Assembly: GCA_041485695.1 (NCBI GenBank)
Contig: JBGPJZ010000004.1
Location: forward strand, 1-46,718
Length of the DNA: 46,718 nt
Direction: 5' to 3'
From: Minisyncoccia bacterium
Lineage (GTDB): Bacteria; Patescibacteriota; Minisyncoccia; Phycocordibacterales; Phycocordibacteraceae
Numbering within the stretch: the first letter of the stretch is position 1; the number at the start of each line of letters is the position of its first letter. The notes beneath the pieces were generated by a model. The model saw only the letters and a list, made by a program, of their open reading frames with translations, was not told the origin of the DNA and searched no databases. The translations under genes and the position numbers were made by a program. Positions 26,524 to 34,402 of the stretch are shown here, one piece after another.

Positions 26524-26937
26524 TTATTGCGGAGGCTGGTCTTTGATGTCGAGCGACCACGCAAGCTCGTGGAGCTTGCCGCTCGTGAGTTTCGGCGTCC
26601 CACGCGCCGGCAGAGCCGGCGCGGGGCTCCCTGCCCCCTGCTCCGTACTCTCTTTTTTCGCCTCTTTGCGCCACAAAAAGAGCTTGGCGCCGACGTAATA
26701 CATGAAAGCCGCCTCCATGACATCGATGAACGGCTTGCCGTTCATCTTATAAAACGCGAGCGCTAGGGCGAGCGCCACGACGGGCGTTGCGATGAGAGCC
26801 CAGAGGATAAAGGGGAGATAGAAGAACGTGAGTACGGCAAACCCTGCCCCGCCGGCGAGGTAGATGAACTGCCTAAGGGTCAGCCCCCCGACGATTTTAT
26901 CTTCAACCTCAATGAACTGCGGTACCTGATACTCCAT
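26524..26937 (-). CDS. PrgI-family (VirB3-like) membrane protein
   Basis: VPQFIEVEDKIVGGLTLRQF signature, two TM helices, NGKPF. Confidence 0.88.
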   Translation of the reverse strand: MEYQVPQFIEVEDKIVGGLTLRQFIYLAGGAGFAVLTFFYLPFILWALIATPVVALALALAFYKMNGKPFIDVMEAAFMYYVGAKLFLWRKEAKKESTEQGAGSPAPALPARGTPKLTSGKLHELAWSLDIKDQPPQ

Positions 26938-26954
26938 CGTCTCCAGTATACCAG

Positions 26955-27710
26955 CTAGCTCTCATCAAACGGTTCGCGATAAGGGTCGATGCCATAGGCT
27001 GCAGTTGGCTTAGGAGCCGGTGAAGGAGGTGGCGGATTGTTAAACGATTGAGATGGGGGCGAGGGCGTACCCGGCACATTTATATGTCCTACTTCGTGGT
27101 CAGGGAGGAGGCGATCGTCGCTCATAACGCCCGGCAAGTTCGGCGGAGGCGGCGGTGCTACGCGGGGTGCTTGCGGCTGTACCTTCGGCATCGGGGGTCT
27201 CTGTGGAGACATAGACGGTAACTGCGACGGCTGCTGCACGGGAGGTCTTGGCGGTGGAATGTACGGCTGTTGCATCGGGCGCTGTTGTGGCGGCATCGGA
27301 GGTCGTGGCGGCGGCGGAGCTTGCATTGGTCGAGGCTGTGGTGCTGGTGGCTTGGGAGCTTGGTAGCTTGGCACTCCCACCTGCCCTGTCGGCTTGTTGC
27401 CCCCTTCCCGCATCTGCTGTTGCAGAGGTGCAAAAATCTTTTGATTAACGTCAGCCATAATCTGTCGCGCTTGAGACTCCGAGACTCGACTTGAAGTGAT
27501 GTTCTCAAGAAATTCTTGGGGGCTCAGGAGGCCTAAGAGCATAAAACCGATTGTTCGGCCGAGTCCGCCAGCCACGTCCACATGAAGTCCATACTTGTCT
27601 CGGAGACTTTCTACAAAATTTGCGCTCTCCTCGCTGATGTACACATCTCGGATAGCAGGCGGGGCACTATTGAATGCGGCGAGAATTTGTTCTTGAGTAA
27701 AAGTCTTCAT
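26955..27710 (-). CDS. Pro/Gln-rich protein with helical N-domain and C-terminal DPYREP motif
   Basis: ~100-aa globular N-terminus, low-complexity P/Q linker, YGIDPYREPF terminus. Confidence 0.75.
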   Translation of the reverse strand: MKTFTQEQILAAFNSAPPAIRDVYISEESANFVESLRDKYGLHVDVAGGLGRTIGFMLLGLLSPQEFLENITSSRVSESQARQIMADVNQKIFAPLQQQMREGGNKPTGQVGVPSYQAPKPPAPQPRPMQAPPPPRPPMPPQQRPMQQPYIPPPRPPVQQPSQLPSMSPQRPPMPKVQPQAPRVAPPPPPNLPGVMSDDRLLPDHEVGHINVPGTPSPPSQSFNNPPPPSPAPKPTAAYGIDPYREPFDES

Positions 27711-27722
27711 ACGTAAGCGCTT

Positions 27723-30233
27723 CTATAGTACATCGCCCCAAATGGCGCTAAGGGAGTTCTGGAAGTACTTCTTCTGCCCAGCCGCTTGCGGCCAGGTTGC
27801 AATCGTCGGGTACGGCAAGTTGTTTTTGAAGAAATCGGCAATAACTTTTCTCTCTGCCGGGCCGAGTTCCTTAGAGAGCTCCCCGAGCATAGGCGGTGTA
27901 AGTGCTGTCATCACCTCAGGTGTCGTTAGGACGTCGACCGGGAGTTTTGCAACGGTCTCCGGCTTCATCTTCAGCGTTTCTATCATGTCTGCCGCGGCTT
28001 TGCCCGCTGTGATGCCCGCAGGAGGAGATGCGTACACTTTTTTCACTCTCTCGCTCGGGTCGCGCGCCCTGAGTTTTTGTCTCACTACCGGGCTGACCTT
28101 TTCGTTCTTGATAAGGTCAGTGCGGCCAGCCTCGGAGAGGCCGTCGAGCACGAGATCGTTTTCAAGGAGTTCGGCCGGTGCATTTTCGAGGTCCCTGTTC
28201 GGGATGGCGCGCACAATATCTTGGATAGACTTCTCGTGGGCTTTTCGCGAAGCTTTGGCTGCCGCCTTTCTCGGGTCACCGGCGGGAATCGTAGTGTCGT
28301 CAAGGACTTTCTGGGCATCTTGGATAGCGGTGAGGTGTGGTTCTAGGCTGCTGTTCACCTTCTTGAATCGCGAGTCGCGTATCTTTTCGCGTTCAAGATC
28401 CGAAATCTTCTCGCTCTTCATCAGAGCCTCGAATTGCTGCGGTGAAAGGTTACGGACGAGCGTCTCGTTCGCTTTTTTGATGCTGCCAAGCTCCTCAAGT
28501 TGCTTCGTCGACATGCGTGAGAGAGAAGTAGTGATGACTCTCTCGTTCTCCCCCTTCTCTTTCTCGTATGCTTGCTGGGTCATCGCGCCATTTGCATAAT
28601 CTTGCTCGATACGCTCAAGGTTCGCTTGTGCCTTCTTGAAATCAATCTCACGGCCAGCGGTCTCGTACTCCGCACGAGCTTGCTTGAAGGCTTCTTGAAC
28701 CGGCTTATAGCCATACTTCTCCTCGTGTGCTTTAGCTGCCGTGATGGTCGCCCCCTCGCCGACTTCAATGCCAGCAGCGCCTGCGACCGCCTTAACGCCG
28801 CCGACATTACGCACATCATAGGTGCGGCCTGAAAGTCCTTTCCCAGCAAATACCAAGCCCTTTGCCAAGTAATTCGTCCGTGCCCACGCCTTCATTCGCT
28901 TGTTTGAGAGTGCAACTCCCGTCATACCAAGCGTGCCCCGCCCGGCAAGCGAGATGGCGCCGAAGGAGAGTCGTCCTCCCCACTTGGTGGCCCAGGAGGC
29001 GCCGAAAGCGGACATGCTCTTCGCGAGTACGGTGCACGCCAAGAGGAGCCCCATTGCGACCAGGAATGAGAGCAAGATGCCGGCGAAACTCCCGACATCA
29101 GCGGTAGTCTGGCTGGCGGTTAACTGCGTATATCCGTTAGCGGTCGCGCCGAACCCATGACAGACACCAGCTCCGCCTCCGCCCGCGAGCGCATTACCCA
29201 AAAAGCATTGGTCAGTAATGACAGTCAGCGCTACATAGAGCATGAGGAGGAGTATGGGCGCGGTAATGGTTTGCTCGAACAGCTTATGCCACCACTGCTT
29301 GGCGATACCTTCAAGCTTCGGCACGGCAAGGCCCGCAAACCCGATCGGCGCGGTAATGATGAGAAAGAGGAGGATGACAAAGCGCGCGATTAAGATAAAT
29401 GCGAGAGAGAACATCACGAACGCAGCGATGATGAAGAGCAAGATGCCCAAAAATCCGATAAGCATCATCTTTGTGTCGGTAAGGACGGGCACGCCGCTCG
29501 CATCAACCGGGCCATTATTAAGGCTGTAAAGCTTTTGGAGCCCAAGCGAACCCATGATGACGTTTGAAATGCCGTCCTGGTTGATGCTTTTGCCCAGATT
29601 TGATGTGAATATTTCAATCGGTTCCGGGGCCTTGCCGCCGTTAATCTGCGTATAAAATTGCGAAGCGAAAATATTCCCCACATCGATGACTGCTTCAGAG
29701 ATGAAGAGGGAGAAGTTTAAGAAGATGGCGGCCACGAGGAGCATGGGGAGCATCTTGGTACCGCCGCCATACCACTTAACGCCAAGGATGGTCGTGATGC
29801 CGATAGCGAGAAAGCCGAAGATGAGGACGATGTTGCCGAGGTCGCGCATAATATTCCACACCACCCCGACCGCATTGAGTTGATTAACGTAGTTACCCAT
29901 TGTGAGGACGGTGAAGTAGACGGCATCGTTGAGGAGGACGCCCGCGTACCCGGTCAAGGAAGCGAACAAGGTCATGATGCCACCCAAGAGCAAGCCGAAG
30001 GTCTTCGATGGGTCGCCGCTTATTCCGCTCCCCGCCCCGCCACCTGTTTGAGTCGCGCTTATAGGGTTTGCGCCCTGCGGATTTCCTACATCCTGCACCG
30101 GGCACAGCTTGCCATTTTCATCCAACCCGATGCATTGTTGAGCGTGTGCAGGGAACGGAGTCAGCGTGATGAACGCCGGCCCCGCGAGAATCATGGCGAA
30201 GAGGATGAGACCGATGAGTCGGGCGGATTTCAT
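27723..30233 (-). CDS. VirB6/TrbL-like polytopic membrane protein with large soluble C-terminal domain
   Basis: W.IMRDLGNI, AAIFLNFSLF, ARFV.L..LI..API.F, W...L patterns; many TM segments; charged helical C-terminal part. Confidence 0.75.
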   Translation of the reverse strand: MKSARLIGLILFAMILAGPAFITLTPFPAHAQQCIGLDENGKLCPVQDVGNPQGANPISATQTGGGAGSGISGDPSKTFGLLLGGIMTLFASLTGYAGVLLNDAVYFTVLTMGNYVNQLNAVGVVWNIMRDLGNIVLIFGFLAIGITTILGVKWYGGGTKMLPMLLVAAIFLNFSLFISEAVIDVGNIFASQFYTQINGGKAPEPIEIFTSNLGKSINQDGISNVIMGSLGLQKLYSLNNGPVDASGVPVLTDTKMMLIGFLGILLFIIAAFVMFSLAFILIARFVILLFLIITAPIGFAGLAVPKLEGIAKQWWHKLFEQTITAPILLLMLYVALTVITDQCFLGNALAGGGGAGVCHGFGATANGYTQLTASQTTADVGSFAGILLSFLVAMGLLLACTVLAKSMSAFGASWATKWGGRLSFGAISLAGRGTLGMTGVALSNKRMKAWARTNYLAKGLVFAGKGLSGRTYDVRNVGGVKAVAGAAGIEVGEGATITAAKAHEEKYGYKPVQEAFKQARAEYETAGREIDFKKAQANLERIEQDYANGAMTQQAYEKEKGENERVITTSLSRMSTKQLEELGSIKKANETLVRNLSPQQFEALMKSEKISDLEREKIRDSRFKKVNSSLEPHLTAIQDAQKVLDDTTIPAGDPRKAAAKASRKAHEKSIQDIVRAIPNRDLENAPAELLENDLVLDGLSEAGRTDLIKNEKVSPVVRQKLRARDPSERVKKVYASPPAGITAGKAAADMIETLKMKPETVAKLPVDVLTTPEVMTALTPPMLGELSKELGPAERKVIADFFKNNLPYPTIATWPQAAGQKKYFQNSLSAIWGDVL

Positions 30234-31477
30234 ATGCCGAGGAGCTGCTGATTCTGCAAGTTCTGGTTCTGTTGCGCGTTCTGCGGGAGAGCATTTTGAG
30301 CTGCGGCTGCATTATTTTGGAGATTAGGATTCGGCGGCGGTGGCGTGTTGGCGGATTGATTGACCGTTTGTTGCGTTAGGCCGAAGTACCCGGGCTGGTT
30401 TCGATACTGGTCAAGCAAAGGGACGGGGTTTGCTCCCGAAGCATGGCTCACACCAAAGAGCCCGCCTGACCCGCCGTTCCCGCCTAAGAGTGAAGCGCCG
30501 TAGGACATGATTGAGAGGACATTCCCGACATTATTGAAGATGGTGTTCACATCACCCACGTTGATGAGCCGTCTGATATCGGTACCGAGCGCTTCGTTGA
30601 GCCCGTCACGGATGACTGAACCGGGCGTCTGAATCTTACCTTGCGAGCCATCGCTTTTCGTACAACCCCCGTCGATTGCGGCTACCGCAGTCGGCACGCA
30701 GGTCTCGAATTCGCTGCTCCACTCCTGCCCAGCCGGGCATTGCGGGTCGCCTGCAGGAGCCGGGGCGCCCGAACTGTCGCCACACCACGAGAGGAATCCT
30801 TGGCCCCACGCAAGCTGTGTCAGCTGGTTCGCCACGGCGTTTTCAACGCGAGCCGAGAGTTCAGCTTGCGCCCGATAATATTGGTAGTATGGGTTATTTT
30901 GCGGCTGGGTGGTGAGAGCGAACCATGCACCCCACCCCCCTTGCGAGAAGTCGCCGTTCGCGAAGGCGAGCGGGTTCGGCGAGTACCGGTTCAGCGTGCA
31001 CTGGTTCGCTGCCCAATAGCCGTTCGCGCTCGTGCCCTGGAGGTAATTCATGCGGAGAGAAGAGAGGATGCTCGAGGCAAACGGCGAATTCGAGTTTCTC
31101 CCGAATTCAGCGAAGAAGTTCACGGCTTGCACGTCGCCCGTAGCGAGGAGATGCGAGCGCAGGTCTTGCACATAGAGGGGGTTGCCCGAACTGTTGTTGC
31201 CGTTCACGAAATCAATGATGCCCGCGGTAATCGACTTCAAGAGATTCCCTGAAAGAATGAACGCGGCCGGGTCGAGGACATAGTCCTTGATACGCACCGC
31301 CCACGTATTGATTTCGGTCGAGACCGTAGCAATCGAAGAAATAGTATTTTTTATTAAGTTTGCTGCATCGAGTACTGCGAATTGGGCATGTGCTTTTTGC
31401 GGTGCGACAAGGAGCGGTGCAGGTGCCACGCAGAGCATGAGCATGAGCACAGCGAGCGGTTTGATAAGTCGCTTCAT
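30230..31477 (-). CDS. Secreted protein with TrbJ/VirB5-like N-terminus
   Basis: Signal peptide (AHA/Q), AVLDAANLIKNTI, GDFSQGGW.AW, GQGFLS, IQTPGS; ATGA-coupled with neighbours. Confidence 0.65.
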   Translation of the reverse strand: MKRLIKPLAVLMLMLCVAPAPLLVAPQKAHAQFAVLDAANLIKNTISSIATVSTEINTWAVRIKDYVLDPAAFILSGNLLKSITAGIIDFVNGNNSSGNPLYVQDLRSHLLATGDVQAVNFFAEFGRNSNSPFASSILSSLRMNYLQGTSANGYWAANQCTLNRYSPNPLAFANGDFSQGGWGAWFALTTQPQNNPYYQYYRAQAELSARVENAVANQLTQLAWGQGFLSWCGDSSGAPAPAGDPQCPAGQEWSSEFETCVPTAVAAIDGGCTKSDGSQGKIQTPGSVIRDGLNEALGTDIRRLINVGDVNTIFNNVGNVLSIMSYGASLLGGNGGSGGLFGVSHASGANPVPLLDQYRNQPGYFGLTQQTVNQSANTPPPPNPNLQNNAAAAQNALPQNAQQNQNLQNQQLLGI

Positions 31478-32514
31478 GGCTGTGGTTGCGCTGCTTCGGC
31501 CTTCTGGCTTGCGGCGATATCCGGTATGACATTCACGAATGATGCTCCTGGCGTGCCGGGCGCGAACTCAATCCCTGCTGCCTTGTAGATATCGTGAATA
31601 TGTATGAAGGAGTTAGCAAGGACGAGGACGGTCTGCGGGTATTGGGTAAGCGCGAGCATCGTCGCGAGAGGGTCGGTCGTGACATGGGAGAAGTCGGTCG
31701 CGATTTCGCCGACGCGCGCGAGTGCATTGATAAGGACGAGGTAGTCACTGGCCAATTCTCGCGGTACGGGGAGCACCGAAAGGCCGGCAGCTGTTGCACG
31801 ATAGCTCCCTGCGATCGAGGTTATGTGTGCGAGAGCCGCCTCGTCTTTGTTTTGGATAGCGTCCTGGAGGTACAAAAGCTCGCTTTTTGAAGATGAGACT
31901 GTATTTTTTGACATGACAGCTTCGGCGACGACTGCAAACGTGCGGAGCGCATCGGGGCCCGACCCCGAAATCGCGAGGTCAGCCATTGATTTAAAATCGG
32001 CTACTGGGGCGATAGAGCTGGTCAGCTGGTTCACCGCCTTTTGAGCGAGGTTCGTCGTGTCCTGTTCAGAAAGCGCCGCGCCGCCATTCGCTTGTTTCGC
32101 ATTCAGATACAACACTAAGAAGTTTTTTGCGAATACGTCGGTAAGGGAGCCTGGTGCAGGAGCTGGTACGCCGTCGACAACAGCGCTAGGGGTGGCGCCC
32201 GCGGCAGGCGCGGGGATATCTGCGACGGCCTTGGGGACGATGAGGCCCTTGATAACGGCCTCCCCGTCAGTCATCCCCAAGCTCTTGCTGTCGACCAAGT
32301 GCGGGTCGGTGCCGTATAAGGACTCCTCCCAATCGGGGAGGCCGTCGCCGTCGGAGTCTTGTGTCGCGATCTGCTGTAGGAGCGCGGTCTCGGTCGAGGC
32401 TTCAGCGACGCGCGGATGGGAGCCGCTCCGGGCGGCGGCATACGCGCCGATGACGAGCCCCGACGCAAGGAGAAGCGCCCCGAGAACTCGCCAATTTCGT
32501 AAAAGTGATGCCAC
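31474..32514 (-). CDS. Membrane-anchored protein with TSP3-like Ca-binding repeat
   Basis: N-terminal TM; DSDGDGLPDWEE..YGTDP. Confidence 0.75.
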   Translation of the reverse strand: MASLLRNWRVLGALLLASGLVIGAYAAARSGSHPRVAEASTETALLQQIATQDSDGDGLPDWEESLYGTDPHLVDSKSLGMTDGEAVIKGLIVPKAVADIPAPAAGATPSAVVDGVPAPAPGSLTDVFAKNFLVLYLNAKQANGGAALSEQDTTNLAQKAVNQLTSSIAPVADFKSMADLAISGSGPDALRTFAVVAEAVMSKNTVSSSKSELLYLQDAIQNKDEAALAHITSIAGSYRATAAGLSVLPVPRELASDYLVLINALARVGEIATDFSHVTTDPLATMLALTQYPQTVLVLANSFIHIHDIYKAAGIEFAPGTPGASFVNVIPDIAASQKAEAAQPQP

Positions 32515-32593
32515 GGGTAGTTTGAGTGAAGTATAACTACTACACGCCTTGCTACGAAGCGCGAGATGGGTATAAGCCCCTCTTGTTTATACG

Positions 32594-32625
32594 TACAGTT
32601 GCAAAACTGTGCGATATGGTATAAT
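32594..32625 (+). promoter_or_regulatory. Extended -10 promoter with an overlapping palindromic operator-like site
   Basis: TGgTATAAT at 32617-32625; ACAGTT-GCAA-AACTGT inverted repeat at 32595-32610. Confidence 0.55.
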
Positions 32626-32694
32626 GGATTCAGGTGTCACCGCTCTGGCGGGGTTACATCGAGACTGAATTCAACGCTAGGATAGGAGAAGAGC

Positions 32695-33087
32695 ATGAAA
32701 CGTTATGCAATCGCATTGTTGGGTTGCCTCATCGCAGCGCCTGCTCTTGGGGCAGCGCAACAGAAAGACCTCTTTTTGATGGTCACCGGCTCAGACATCG
32801 GGAGGCCGTACAAAGTCGTCAATGGACTCTGCATGTTTCAAATGAATCCTAGGTTCTTGAATCCTTCAACTTCTGGAATGTTGAATTCGGCCATGGTGGA
32901 GGCGAGCAAACAGATAATGGCTAACGCGCAAAAACAAGGCGCTGATGCCCTGGTCAACATGGTCGTCACGCCAATGCTCATCCCGGATCCCGATAATCCA
33001 AGAGATTTGATTACCAACGGTGGGGTTTTCATTTGCGGGACTCTGGTGCAGAGTCTCGCCCAGAATCGCGAAGCCAATCTCCAATAA
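32695..33087 (+). CDS. Secreted YbjQ-like (heavy-metal-binding domain family) protein
   Basis: Signal peptide; VTG.DI..PY.VV.G, A...GADALVN, GTLV; AGGAG SD. Confidence 0.7.
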   Translation: MKRYAIALLGCLIAAPALGAAQQKDLFLMVTGSDIGRPYKVVNGLCMFQMNPRFLNPSTSGMLNSAMVEASKQIMANAQKQGADALVNMVVTPMLIPDPDNPRDLITNGGVFICGTLVQSLAQNREANLQ

Positions 33088-33122
33088 CGAGGCACGCGAG
33101 AGCGCTGAATACCATACCCTTG

Positions 33123-33155
33123 AGCGGAGCCATACGGCTCCGCTTTTTATTTTTT
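33123..33155 (+). terminator. Intrinsic terminator
   Basis: AGCGGAGCC-ATAC-GGCTCCGCT followed by a T-rich run. Confidence 0.75.
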
Positions 33156-33890
33156 AAGTTCGAGCCACGTAGAGAGCGAGAGATCCTCGGCTCGTGCGCG
33201 CATAAGTTCCGGCGCGAGCGAGACACCCATCCTTTTCAAATTCCCGCCGAGTTGCTTACGCTTTTGCGCGAATCCGGCGTGCACGACCTCAAAAAAGCGT
33301 TTTTCTTGCGCCCCGCTGTCGAAATTTTTCCGTGAGATATCGCGAATTGAGAGTACGGCCGAATCGACCTTGGGCGCCGGCACGAACGCGCCCCTCGGTA
33401 CGGTAAATTCATACTTCGGTACGCCGTAGGCCTTCACCGAGAGCGAGAGGATGCTTTCTTTTTTTGAGCGCGCGATGCGCTCGGCAACCTCTTTTTGCAC
33501 CAGGAGCGTCATAGACTTCGGTTGGTGTTGGGCAGAAAGGAATTTTCGCAAGATGTCGCCCGTGAGGTAGTACGGGATATTGGCGACGACGACGTAGTCG
33601 TCCGGGAGCTGCTCGATATCGAACGTACGGATGTCTGCGAATGCGAGCTCAAAGGTACGGTCAGCAATGTGCGAGGCAAACGTTTTCTCCAGCGTTTGTA
33701 CGAGACCCGCGTCCGCTTCGACACCAACGACTTTTATGGCCCGCTTAAGGAGTGCACGGGTGAGGATGCCGGTACCCGGCCCTATTTCAACGACCGTATC
33801 AAACGGGGCAAGATGTGCCGTATCAGCGATGCGCTCGGCAATGCGGGCGTGCATCAAGAAGTGCTGGCCAAGAGACTTTTTAGCGTGCAT
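33147..33890 (-). CDS. rsmA: 16S rRNA adenine dimethyltransferase
   Basis: KKSLGQHFL, EIGPGTG.LT, VANIPYY, VQKEVAER, F.PAPKVDS. Confidence 0.96.
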   Translation of the reverse strand: MHAKKSLGQHFLMHARIAERIADTAHLAPFDTVVEIGPGTGILTRALLKRAIKVVGVEADAGLVQTLEKTFASHIADRTFELAFADIRTFDIEQLPDDYVVVANIPYYLTGDILRKFLSAQHQPKSMTLLVQKEVAERIARSKKESILSLSVKAYGVPKYEFTVPRGAFVPAPKVDSAVLSIRDISRKNFDSGAQEKRFFEVVHAGFAQKRKQLGGNLKRMGVSLAPELMRARAEDLSLSTWLELKK

Positions 33891-33913
33891 GGTATGGAGG
33901 TATAATACCGCGT

Positions 33914-34402
33914 ATGGATAATCGTAAAATCACTGATAAAAGATTTGAGAGCGGTACCTTTCGTAAGGTGTTAAAAAAGGAAATGCGGGCAGCTGATTTA
34001 AGCGTGGCAGGCCGCGCACGGGTTGACGCGGCCTTGAAGGCCGCCCTTGAACGAGAAAAGAAGGTAGGCGGTTTGCGCTATGGGATTAGCAGCAAGCACG
34101 CAGAAGCGCTTGAGAAATTCCCTACGTCCAAAAGATATGCGGGCCGGTTTGACCCAAAGTTAAAGCTAAAGCCCAAAGAACTGAAGGTTATGAAAGGGTC
34201 TCTCGACGTTTTCTTCAAGCGGAAGCCTGTTGAACCGAAGGTCGAGCCGAAGGAGGCCCCTCACGCTTCGATGACATCTTCGCCCGCCCGACCGGACGAG
34301 TCCGCTCGTTCGGGCGGGCCACTGGTCTCATCGAAGACCATGAGCGAGCGGTCGATTTCTCCTAAGAAAGACGAGGGTTCTGATACAAAGTCAGTGCCAT
34401 AG
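33914..34402 (+). CDS. Lys-rich basic hypothetical protein overlapping the uvrD 3' end
   Basis: TATAAT 7 nt before the ATG; fills the gap between rsmA and uvrD; last 142 nt are antisense to uvrD. Confidence 0.6.
   Translation: MDNRKITDKRFESGTFRKVLKKEMRAADLSVAGRARVDAALKAALEREKKVGGLRYGISSKHAEALEKFPTSKRYAGRFDPKLKLKPKELKVMKGSLDVFFKRKPVEPKVEPKEAPHASMTSSPARPDESARSGGPLVSSKTMSERSISPKKDEGSDTKSVP

Noticed and set aside
23548-28599. Long antisense ORFs (e.g. 23548-24345 +, 27742-28599 +)
   Set aside because: Shadow frames of well-supported minus-strand genes, expected in GC-rich DNA
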